Source of the DNA: a virus
Lineage: Duplodnaviria > Heunggongvirae > Uroviricota > Caudoviricetes
DNA: 10,281 nt
Virus record (IMG/VR): IMGVR_UViG_2547132275_000009
Direction: 5' to 3' (one strand)
The translations under genes and the position numbers were made by a program. Positions 1 through 6,719 of this stretch are shown one piece after another. The stretch's first letter is position 1; each line of letters starts with the position of its first letter. Under the pieces are notes generated by a model. It did no database searches. It worked only from the letters and a program-made list of their open reading frames with translations, and was not told the origin of the DNA.

Positions 1-1150
1 AAGGTATATTTCTTTTTTTAAGCTCACTTTCCATAGCTTTAAAAACAAATCTATTTCTACCTATAACAACAATTTTAGAGCAATCAATATCGCCCTCAAT
101 TTCTGGATGTCTTTTTAAATTCAGTATATGTTGAATGCTATCACAAACCCATATAGCTTCAGATTCTTCATCTGGTAAAGCATTAAAAGATTTATAGCCA
201 TCAAGAGCAGCATTAACACCAACTTGGCTATTTGGTTTTAATTTATTAGCTAATTCAATCACTGCTTTCGAAGATCTATAGTTCTCGTTTAAACAATAAG
301 TTTTAGGAGTAAAATCTTTCACGAATGATTTAATAAAATAATCTGATGATGAACCATTAAAACCATAGATCATCTGGTCACTATCACCAACCATCATGAC
401 ATCTTTTATTTTATCACCGCAGAGAACCTTTATAAATTCGTACTGAGCTCTGTTTAAGTCTTGTGCTTCATCAACAAATAAAGCAACGTATTTTTTTTGA
501 TATATTCTTGCTACCGATTCTTGATTTAATAGGATTTTATGTGCATATAAAAGTATATCATCAAAATCCACACCACCACTTTCCAATAAAGCAGACTGAT
601 AATCTTGATAAATATTCCAAATACGCGGATTGGAGCTGAATTTTATCTTTACTTCATCTTCAGTTAAAAGCTCTCTTTTAATAATAGAGAATACATTAAG
701 ATATTGACTTATAACTTTTTCACGATTGCGCTTTTCTCTAACGTCCTCAACATCTAAGTACTCATCAATATTAACCCCCTGTTCTCTTAAGGAATGTAGG
801 AAAACCTCCATCCGATCTTGGTCACGTTCAAATATATGTAATTCTTTTGGTAACCCAATAGTATACCCATAACTTTCGAGTACCCTTTGTGCAACAGAAT
901 GAATTGTAGCAATCCAAATCCTATCACGATTTTCTGAGCCATCATCTAACCTTTCAAGCATTTCATCTGCTGCTTTATTTGTGAATGTTAAAGCAACCAC
1001 ACTTCCTCTAGCAGAGTTATTAAGAATGAACCTAACCCTCTCAGTAAGCACTCTTGTTTTACCAGACCCTGCAGATGCAAGAACTTGTATAGCCCCTCCC
1101 ATAGGAGCTCTAACAACTTCAATTTGAGATTGTGATAAATTATCAATCAT
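1..1150 (-). CDS. gajB: UvrD/PcrA/Rep-like SF1 helicase, GajB-like; partial, C-terminus beyond window start
   Basis: Hand translation of the minus strand from ATG at 1150-1148 gives MIDNLSQSQIEVVRAPMGGAIQVLASAGSGKTRVLTERV (helicase Q motif plus Walker A AGSGKT) and later FVDEAQD (SF1 motif II, DExQ). No stop before position 1, at least 383 codons. Start overlaps the upstream gene stop as ATGA (1147-1150). Confidence 0.8.
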   Translation of the reverse strand, partial: MIDNLSQSQIEVVRAPMGGAIQVLASAGSGKTRVLTERVRFILNNSARGSVVALTFTNKAADEMLERLDDGSENRDRIWIATIHSVAQRVLESYGYTIGLPKELHIFERDQDRMEVFLHSLREQGVNIDEYLDVEDVREKRNREKVISQYLNVFSIIKRELLTEDEVKIKFSSNPRIWNIYQDYQSALLESGGVDFDDILLYAHKILLNQESVARIYQKKYVALFVDEAQDLNRAQYEFIKVLCGDKIKDVMMVGDSDQMIYGFNGSSSDYFIKSFVKDFTPKTYCLNENYRSSKAVIELANKLKPNSQVGVNAALDGYKSFNALPDEESEAIWVCDSIQHILNLKRHPEIEGDIDCSKIVVIGRNRFVFKAMESELKKRNIP

Positions 1151-2922
1151 AGCTCAAGCCATCCCCTAACTTTATTAAATGCAATAATAACAGATTCCGG
1201 AAGTAACTCCTCAATTCTCTTTCCATTTGCATTCTGTGCTAGAATCACTCCTAAATACCCTGCATAACTAGCTTTTGAGTCACGCATTTTTTCAATTATA
1301 GCACTATCTTGTAAAGCCTCTATTTCTCTTTTCTTGGCTTCTCGATACCGTTCATTAGGACTAGCTTTGGTTTCACTTAACACTAATGATTCAATTATTT
1401 CTTCACGAATATTTAACTCGTTGTATAACTCAGCTTCAATATCATTTGTTTCTTTGAGGAACTCTAAAGAGAAACAATCAGGATTCAATACGAGGCCATC
1501 TTCACGAACTAAACGTGCTACCTGACGGTTTATCTCACCATGAGTATCACCATCATTATCACTAATAATACAGACAGGGATACCTAAATTACTTGCAAGT
1601 TTAATGAATGGTGGGTAATTTTTACCACTGACACTTACACAGTTAACTCCAACACTAAACATCGTCCTACCGAAATACAATTCAAACATGGATGGTATTA
1701 ATTGTTCTTCTGTAACACCCTCACATAAAATTAAGGCTCGAGAGAAAAGCAACTCACCACGGGTTAACATTATCTCCCTTTTTAATGCATTTTTTTCATC
1801 ATGTTCAATTCTTTTCTTCAAACAATTTACTGTTACTCCATCACCTTTCTTTATGAATGATCTTATATCTTCTATCTCAGCCATTGCGCTCAGGTATGGT
1901 GAATGAGTACTCAGTATAATTTGTCCCTGAGATGATGATAACTGTTTAAACAAGGTTCTTTGTGCATTGGGATGTAGATGCGCTTCTGGCTCTTCAGCTC
2001 CAACAATTGGATGTAGCGCCTTATTTTCGAGCTCATGCCGTTCATGCATAAAGCTTAAAAACGATTGAACTGTAAGCATTGAAGCCCAACTTCTCGTCCC
2101 AGTGCCATGATATTCCATTGAAAATGAATGGTTTTCTTCATCTCCGAAATGTACTGTAAATTGCTTTGATAGATCTCGGATTTTTTTAGGGAAAGGAGTT
2201 ATTTCTGTGTGGCTTGATCCTAGAAATGATTGGTTTAACCCTTGAAGTGAATTTTTTAAGCTTTGAAGCGGCTCACTTCTACTCACTGCGGTTTCATTTA
2301 TTGAACTTATCATTTCTTCAAGTGCAGTAACATCTTCATCTTCATATTTAATATATGATAAGACCTTCCCTATATATGAGCTTTTATCTTTAAGCTCATG
2401 ATGTATATCCCTCTGAGCCTCAATACAAATATAGGGGATTGCATCAACTTTTGTTCTTACCTTTCTTCTCTCGTTGACAACAATCTCTTTCCATCCCTCA
2501 AACTCCCCCCATTCATTCAAATAATAACGTTGTGTATTAAACCCACCTTTTATCTCATCTGGCTGAACTTTTGTACGAATAGCCACAAACTCATGTCCAT
2601 TTGCATCTACTGCAATATTATCACCGAAAACATCAATCCATTTTTCGTCAAACTCTTCTGTTTTATTATAATGTTCATCCGTAGGTATTATTTTTAAGTC
2701 AACGATAACTTCATTAACTTTTAACCCAGAACTATCTATATGAAGATCTTCATCACTAAAGTAACGTTGGTAATCACCTAAAGCTAGTTGCAACGATTTT
2801 AGGAAGGATGTTTTCCCCGCATTGTTTGTACCTAACAAAACGGCAATACGTCCTAGCTCAACCTCAATTTCCTTTATACCTCTAAAACCTGAAATCCTAA
2901 CAGAATTTATAAGAATTGACAT
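1147..2922 (-). CDS. gajA: OLD-family ABC-type ATPase fused to C-terminal Toprim nuclease domain, GajA-like
   Basis: 591-aa ORF. N-terminal Walker A GTNNAGKTS, Walker B-like EEPEAHLHP, LSTHSP (H-loop-like). C-terminal Toprim glutamate in LILCEGVTEE and DxD motif IISDNDGD. Strong SD (AAGGAGGG) 9 nt upstream of the ATG. Followed with 4-bp overlap by a UvrD-like helicase, the Gabija / class 2 OLD arrangement. Confidence 0.85.
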   Translation of the reverse strand: MSILINSVRISGFRGIKEIEVELGRIAVLLGTNNAGKTSFLKSLQLALGDYQRYFSDEDLHIDSSGLKVNEVIVDLKIIPTDEHYNKTEEFDEKWIDVFGDNIAVDANGHEFVAIRTKVQPDEIKGGFNTQRYYLNEWGEFEGWKEIVVNERRKVRTKVDAIPYICIEAQRDIHHELKDKSSYIGKVLSYIKYEDEDVTALEEMISSINETAVSRSEPLQSLKNSLQGLNQSFLGSSHTEITPFPKKIRDLSKQFTVHFGDEENHSFSMEYHGTGTRSWASMLTVQSFLSFMHERHELENKALHPIVGAEEPEAHLHPNAQRTLFKQLSSSQGQIILSTHSPYLSAMAEIEDIRSFIKKGDGVTVNCLKKRIEHDEKNALKREIMLTRGELLFSRALILCEGVTEEQLIPSMFELYFGRTMFSVGVNCVSVSGKNYPPFIKLASNLGIPVCIISDNDGDTHGEINRQVARLVREDGLVLNPDCFSLEFLKETNDIEAELYNELNIREEIIESLVLSETKASPNERYREAKKREIEALQDSAIIEKMRDSKASYAGYLGVILAQNANGKRIEELLPESVIIAFNKVRGWLEL

Positions 2923-3039
2923 ATATTCATTCCCTCCTTGATTTTATGACATATACATTCCGAATAAATGTAATAATTCTGTTATCCAGATTATCATTTG
3001 CGGAAAATAAAATATAGTATATCCCAACCCTGCAGCGCA

Positions 3040-3058
3040 ATGCTCTCCCCGCCACGCC
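3040..3058. other. cos-like cohesive-end site of the satellite (P2/186/P4 type)
   Basis: ATGCTCTCCCCGCCACGCC matches the reverse complement of the phage 186 cos 19-mer (GGCGTGGCGGGGAAAGCAT, from memory) at 18/19 and the P2/P4 cos at 16/19. Sits exactly at the AT-rich cargo to GC-rich core transition, downstream of psu. Confidence 0.55.
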
Positions 3059-3150
3059 TGCCCGCTTAAGAGGTCGCTTTTAATGCAGGTGCATGAACGG
3101 CCTCAGGCCGCACCGGTACTGGTGTTGCGTGGGATAAAAAATACGGGGAT

Positions 3151-3183
3151 TTGCATGCAAAGCCATGCACCTTATGGATGCAT
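3151..3183. terminator. GC-rich hairpin (AGCCATGCA ... TGCATGGCT) with T6 tail; possible terminator downstream of psu
   Basis: 9-bp inverted repeat with 9-nt loop followed by TTTTTT on the plus strand; on the minus strand (the psu operon strand) the T tract is weaker. Strand assignment ambiguous. Confidence 0.35.
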
Positions 3184-3231
3184 GGCTTTTTTCGGGAAAA
3201 ATAGCGGAATTTTCGGGGATTTTTTTGCGTG

Positions 3232-3798
3232 CTAGCGTGCGACCAGTTCTGCACGTCGGCGGGTGTAAATCAGGTTCTGTGCTGGGGTGAATTTCTCGCG
3301 ATTATCATCCCGCGAAGCCGCATCAGGCCTGAATCCGATGGCCGTTAAAATATCGCTGTCATGCGCGGAATAATTAATTTTTTCACCTGCGGCCAGCCAC
3401 ACCGACAGGGCTTCACGCAGATAATCAACCGAGTGCTGCATGGCGCTCTGCTTTACTGCGGGAAGCTGTTTGTGATATCCCATCAGCTCAGGTGCCAGCG
3501 TGGCGGCCAGCTCCGCGCCGTGCTGCTGCATAAAGTCATGGAGCCGGTTTCGGATACTGATGTGCTGCACCTCCTCATGTGAGCGGATATAGTGACCGGC
3601 GGCCTGATTAATTTCCCACTTTTTCACGTCGATATTGTCGCGCAAATCCTGCATTCTGCGCGGAATTTGTTCGTCACCGGCAAGGAGCTGTTCACGGTAT
3701 TCCCGTTCAAGGTCTGCCAGTTCGGCTTTACGTTTCAGCCAGGTGTTTTTGTTCGTCTGACAGGCCTCAAAGGCCTGCTGTATGGTCACAGTGGTCAC
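3232..3798 (-). CDS. psu: Psu (polarity suppression / capsid decoration protein), P4-like
   Basis: 188-aa ORF with recognisable similarity to P4 Psu (HISIRNRL, DSDILTAIGFRPD, REKFTPAQN). Last gene of the sid-delta-psu order. SD AGGAG 9 nt upstream; ATG 15 nt after the delta stop. Confidence 0.85.
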   Translation of the reverse strand: MTTVTIQQAFEACQTNKNTWLKRKAELADLEREYREQLLAGDEQIPRRMQDLRDNIDVKKWEINQAAGHYIRSHEEVQHISIRNRLHDFMQQHGAELAATLAPELMGYHKQLPAVKQSAMQHSVDYLREALSVWLAAGEKINYSAHDSDILTAIGFRPDAASRDDNREKFTPAQNLIYTRRRAELVAR

Positions 3799-3813
3799 GT
3801 GTCTCTCTCCTGA

Positions 3814-4053
3814 TTAATGCCGGAACGGCGAGCTGTAGCAGCCCTGTACTTTACGCGGCGGTGGTGGTGTCACCGGGGCGGGGTCGGTTTTCTCCGGTGC
3901 GGCACGTATCACACCGTCAACCGACTCGATGGTGCGGAAAGTGGCCGAACATTCGATATTGGTACACTGGTGATAACGCTGTTTGACGTTTTCCGACAGA
4001 TACCGGCTGGTACGGACGTGCGCGGTCTTTTTGCAGAACGGACAGTGAAACAT
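3814..4053 (-). CDS. delta: Ogr/Delta-family zinc-finger late transcription activator (single-domain, 79 aa)
   Basis: MFHCPFCKKTAHVRTSRY...RYHQCTNIECSATF carries the Cys-x2-Cys ... Cys-x4-Cys pattern and close similarity to P2 Ogr. Positioned between sid and psu as in P4. SD GAGGG upstream. Confidence 0.85.
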   Translation of the reverse strand: MFHCPFCKKTAHVRTSRYLSENVKQRYHQCTNIECSATFRTIESVDGVIRAAPEKTDPAPVTPPPPRKVQGCYSSPFRH

Positions 4054-4056
4054 AAT

Positions 4057-4800
4057 TCAGCCCTCTGCCTGTTCGTGGTCTTTTGCGGCCAGTTCAGCGG
4101 CAAGCTTCATCCGTCTGGCCGGGCTTCTTAACAGCGCCATATCAACCCCGGTTATGACCGGGCGATTCATGCCCGTTACGGACAGGACCGGCTCCTGCTC
4201 CATATCAAAATGATACAGGGCTGACTGCATATTCAGGGCATCACCCAGCTCACGGGTCACGGTCGCACGCGGCGAGGTTTCCCCGCTCATTTCCAGCGAC
4301 CGTATACGCAACAGAAAGGCACGTAACAGTGCGGGGCTGATACCGGTCAGCGCCTTCTTCCACTCGCTGTTGGCGTAAGTGGTGAACGCTTTTTCATGGG
4401 CGCTGATATAAGCAGTACCGGAGGAGCATGCGCCAAGCATGGCGTGGCTTTTGTCTTTCTCCAGCTCGGTAATCAGACCGGTGAACTCATCAGCCAGTTC
4501 GCGGCTGGCGATACGTTTACTGTGTTCAGCTTTCAGTTCAGGAGTGAGGTTGCCGCGCAGGGTTCGAAAGCGGCTGCGCCAGTCCTGTTCGGCCTGTGCA
4601 CTTTCACTGAGCGCGGTCTGTCGTTCCTGCTCACAACGCTGAATGGAAGCCTCAATGTCGCTGAGTTTACCCATGCTGGCCGTGTGTGCATCTTTTGCTT
4701 CGTTAAGTGCGGCCAGCGCACCGGCAATGCGTTGTTCCGCGCCTTCATCCTGTTTACTGATAACGGTCTGCATGGCTTTGATAATGAGTTCGGGTTTCAT
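4057..4800 (-). CDS. sid: Sid (capsid size determination, external scaffold), P4-like
   Basis: Position between the Delta box and delta, and Sid-like sequence. I place the start at ATG 4800-4798 (MKPELIIKAM, SD GGAGAG 8 nt upstream, 247 aa) rather than the track start at 4866, which would overlap the Delta-box promoter. Confidence 0.75.
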   Translation of the reverse strand: MKPELIIKAMQTVISKQDEGAEQRIAGALAALNEAKDAHTASMGKLSDIEASIQRCEQERQTALSESAQAEQDWRSRFRTLRGNLTPELKAEHSKRIASRELADEFTGLITELEKDKSHAMLGACSSGTAYISAHEKAFTTYANSEWKKALTGISPALLRAFLLRIRSLEMSGETSPRATVTRELGDALNMQSALYHFDMEQEPVLSVTGMNRPVITGVDMALLRSPARRMKLAAELAAKDHEQAEG

Positions 4801-4872
4801 GTTCAGGCTCTCCGTGTGTTCAACCTGAAATGATTCTGACGCCTCCTGCACAACAACACGATTCATTGCCGT

Positions 4873-4890
4873 TGTCAGAGTGCTGGCACA
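4873..4890 (-). promoter_or_regulatory. TGT-N12-ACA dyad (Ogr/Delta activator box) of a Psid-like late promoter
   Basis: TTGTCAGAGTGCTGGCACAA contains an exact TGT-N12-ACA. Its centre lies about 81 nt upstream of the proposed sid ATG, consistent with a box near -55 and a short leader. Confidence 0.55.
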
Positions 4891-4968
4891 AACAGACCTT
4901 AAAAACCGGCTGGCCAGAGGAAGGTCGCAGGAAAACCTTACTCACCGTTTGTTTTTTTACTTATAACT

Positions 4969-5071
4969 ATTCACCACTGTTCACCTTAAATAAAAAGATA
5001 AGTAATACAGTGAGTTAAGAGGTGAACAGTTGAAGATCTGACTGTTCACCGTCTGTTCACCACTGTTCACC
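4969..5071. repeat. Cluster of TGTTCACC iterons (ori-like, alpha-protein binding sites)
   Basis: Exact TGTTCACC at 4978-4985, 5043-5050, 5054-5061, 5064-5071 (last three phased 10-11 bp apart), inverted copy GGTGAACA at 5021-5028, partial ATTCACC at 4969-4975. Same octamer as in the crr-like region after alpha. Confidence 0.6.
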
Positions 5072-5170
5072 CTCCTGTTTTTTCAGCCAGTCAGTTACTT
5101 AGATTTTTTAGCGATTAAAAAGCATATATATATAAATAAAAGTAATCATCGCTTTGCCAAAGAATTATCA

Positions 5171-5210
5171 AGGATTGCCAACGATTGTCAGAGATTGCCA
5201 CTGTTTGCCA
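5171..5210. repeat. Four phased 10-bp repeats (AGGATTGCCA, ACGATTGTCA, GAGATTGCCA, CTGTTTGCCA); candidate regulator binding array
   Basis: Head-to-tail 10-bp periodicity, consensus nnGATTGCCA, plus an additional TTGCCA at 5154-5159, in the divergent promoter region upstream of the alpA/vis-like gene. Confidence 0.4.
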
Positions 5211-5349
5211 TTCACCTGTTAACGGTTTGTTGTGTGAGATTTCACTGCAAAATGACTTGTTGCCCTGAGGGAAAATATTCACAAAATAGAGAGCTACCCG
5301 AAGCCGGACGGACACGACCGGCACTGTATGGACTTTGTGAGGTAGCCCG

Positions 5350-5616
5350 ATGCACACCGCTTTTTCTTCCCCGTCTTCTGCTCCTGCCGCGCCGCTGATG
5401 CCGGTTTCTGATACCGTTCACGAACGCTTTATCCGTCTGCCCGAAGTGATGCATCTGTGCGGCCTGTCCCGCTCGACCATTTACGACCTCATCAGCCGGG
5501 AAGCCTTCCCGAAACAAATCTCCCTCGGCGGCAAAAACGTGGCGTGGGCGCAGTCTGAAATCACTGCATGGATGGCGGATCGCATTGCCGAACGTAACCG
5601 GGGCTATGACGCATGA
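5350..5616 (+). CDS. alpA: AlpA/Vis-family helix-turn-helix regulator (phage excisionase-like fold)
   Basis: [49 protein letters not shown] matches the AlpA/Vis family pattern. SD GAGG 6 nt upstream of the ATG at 5350; an alternative internal start at 5398 would give 72 aa. Confidence 0.7.
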   Translation: MHTAFSSPSSAPAAPLMPVSDTVHERFIRLPEVMHLCGLSRSTIYDLISREAFPKQISLGGKNVAWAQSEITAWMADRIAERNRGYDA

Positions 5617-5651
5617 TGATGACCGTTCGGCAAACAGCCCCTTTTTCTGGC

Positions 5652-5681
5652 TTGCTTCTTTTCGCCGTTTCCAGGTATAGT
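5652..5681 (+). promoter_or_regulatory. Candidate sigma70 promoter (TTGCTT -N18- TATAGT), PLE-like, driving the immunity leader and replication operon
   Basis: -10 is 5/6 to TATAAT, -35 is 3/6 to TTGACA, 18-bp spacer. Lies just downstream of the alpA stop and about 25 nt upstream of the seqA-like box. Confidence 0.3.
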
Positions 5682-5710
5682 TTTCCCGCTGTCGCAAAAT
5701 CGGCAGCCGG

Positions 5711-5960
5711 GCGTAGGAACCCGAGTTACTCAATGGCGACACCGGACGCGCCATGCGTCTTTTTTTACGTCGTTGCTCAGGCACACCCATTTTTCGGGCT
5801 GTGGTGTTTACACCTTAGCCCCTGTCAGATAATGGTGATCCGGGCGGGGCAGCCTTCGGGCTGGCCGGTATTCATTGAGGCCGGTATTCCTACCCCCGTT
5901 CGGGTCACCACCCATGAGCGTAGGAACTCCGGTGGTGGCAATAACCGCTACTCAATGGAG
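5711..5960 (+). ncRNA. Candidate P4 CI-RNA-type immunity region: seqA-like (5711-5738), seqB/cI-like core (5862-5895), seqC-like (5918-5960)
   Basis: Direct repeats GCGTAGGAAC ... TACTCAATGG at 5711-5736 and 5918-5958. Between them, TTCATTGAGG ... ATTCCTAC (5871-5893) carries CATTGAG and TTCCTAC, complementary in antiparallel bipartite fashion to CTCAATG and GTAGGAA of both flanking boxes. Also an 11-nt tandem repeat GGCCGGTATTC at 5863-5873 and 5879-5889. Confidence 0.45.
5745..5767 (+). terminator. Short GC hairpin (GACGC-GCCAT-GCGTC) followed by T7; candidate immunity/attenuation terminator in the leader
   Basis: 5-bp GC-rich stem, 5-nt loop, then TTTTTTT at 5760-5766. Overlaps an alternative pairing ATGGCG/CGCCAT that involves the 3' part of the seqA-like box. 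Confidence 0.4.
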
Positions 5961-5969
5961 GTTGCCACT

Positions 5970-6164
5970 ATGGCTACGACCCTCACCCCGTCACACCCGC
6001 AGTTTGTCTTTGTATTTGCCGCTGTTCGTCGCGCAGACCGTAAACCCCGTATTTGTATGCTTCGCACCGTTGCCGGTGATGAGCACGCCGCACGCCTTTC
6101 TCTTGTTCGCGATTACGTCCTCTCGTTCGCTGGCCGCCTGCCGGTTGCGGAGGTGCGCGCATGA
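5970..6164 (+). CDS. Hypothetical small protein (64 aa), first gene of the replication operon
   Basis: ATG at 5970 preceded by GGAGG 9 nt upstream; stop overlaps the next ATG as ATGA. This is an internal start of the 183-aa track ORF, whose upstream part covers the structured leader. Confidence 0.4.
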   Translation: MATTLTPSHPQFVFVFAAVRRADRKPRICMLRTVAGDEHAARLSLVRDYVLSFAGRLPVAEVRA

Positions 6165-6388
6165 GACACACCACCATTACTGCCCGTGACCTCGAATGTC
6201 TGGAGCATATGCGCAATGTCGGCCAGCTCGTCGGCGACCTGATGCAGGTGCAGGACTGCGCCACCGTTCGTCGTGACCCGGCGCAGCAGTTACAGCTCAC
6301 CTCCGTGATTTACCTCATGACCGCCCAGCTCGACGGCGTGGTCGAACGCTGCAATCAGCAGTGGCTGACCGGGGAGGGTAACGTATGA
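6161..6388 (+). CDS. Hypothetical small protein (75 aa)
   Basis: Translationally coupled on both sides (ATGA overlaps at 6161-6164 and 6385-6388). Codon usage consistent with the neighbouring alpha gene. Confidence 0.5.
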   Translation: MRHTTITARDLECLEHMRNVGQLVGDLMQVQDCATVRRDPAQQLQLTSVIYLMTAQLDGVVERCNQQWLTGEGNV

Positions 6389-6705
6389 AAAAGCCATTAC
6401 CACCCGTATTACGCGCCGCGCTGTATCGTCGCGCCGTGGCCTGTGCATGGCTGACCCTGTGCGAACGCCAGCACCGCTACCCGCACCTCACCCTCGACGC
6501 GCTGGAAAGCGCCATTGCCGCCGAGCTGGAGGGCTTCTACCTGCGCCAGCACGGCGAGGAAAAAGGCCGCCAGATTGCCTGTGCCCTGCTGGAAGATTTA
6601 ATGGAAGCCGGACCACTCAAAGCCGCCCCGTCGCTGTCCTTTCTCGGGCTGGCCGTGATGGATGAGCTTTGCGCCCGTCATATCACGTCGCCGGTACTGC
6701 ACTGA
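6385..6705 (+). CDS. Hypothetical protein (106 aa) immediately upstream of alpha; possible positional equivalent of P4 cnr (unverified)
   Basis: ATGA-coupled start; stop 14 nt before the alpha start. Size and position recall the P4 orf upstream of alpha, but I cannot confirm sequence similarity. Confidence 0.5.
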   Translation: MKKPLPPVLRAALYRRAVACAWLTLCERQHRYPHLTLDALESAIAAELEGFYLRQHGEEKGRQIACALLEDLMEAGPLKAAPSLSFLGLAVMDELCARHITSPVLH

Positions 6706-6719
6706 GGGAGAAAATAACG

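Noticed and set aside
1334-2697. Small plus-strand ORFs (63, 72, 99 aa) inside the gajA-like gene
   Set aside because: Antisense to a well-supported CDS, AT-rich low-complexity translations, no SD.
3066-3254. 62-aa minus-strand ORF between psu and cos
   Set aside because: Overlaps the psu stop and the terminator-like hairpin; no SD; more likely non-coding.
4396-4833. 145-aa plus-strand ORF and neighbouring small ORFs antisense to sid
   Set aside because: Embedded antisense in sid; typical GC-rich shadow ORFs.
4057-4866. Longest sid ORF (269 aa) starting at 4866
   Set aside because: The extra 22 codons would overlap the TGT-N12-ACA Delta box and lack an SD; the internal ATG at 4800 has a good SD and gives a P4-Sid-like length.
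5242-5790. 182-aa minus-strand ORF, and 80-aa minus ORF at 5115-5357
   Set aside because: Antisense to the alpA/vis-like gene and promoter region, Arg-rich low-complexity translation, no SD; the 80-aa ORF runs through the repeat array and AT tract.
5613-6164. 183-aa plus-strand ORF spanning the leader region
   Set aside because: Its upstream two-thirds covers the repeat/hairpin-rich region interpreted as the CI-RNA-type leader and has no SD; only the last 64 codons (from 5970, with GGAGG SD) look like a gene.
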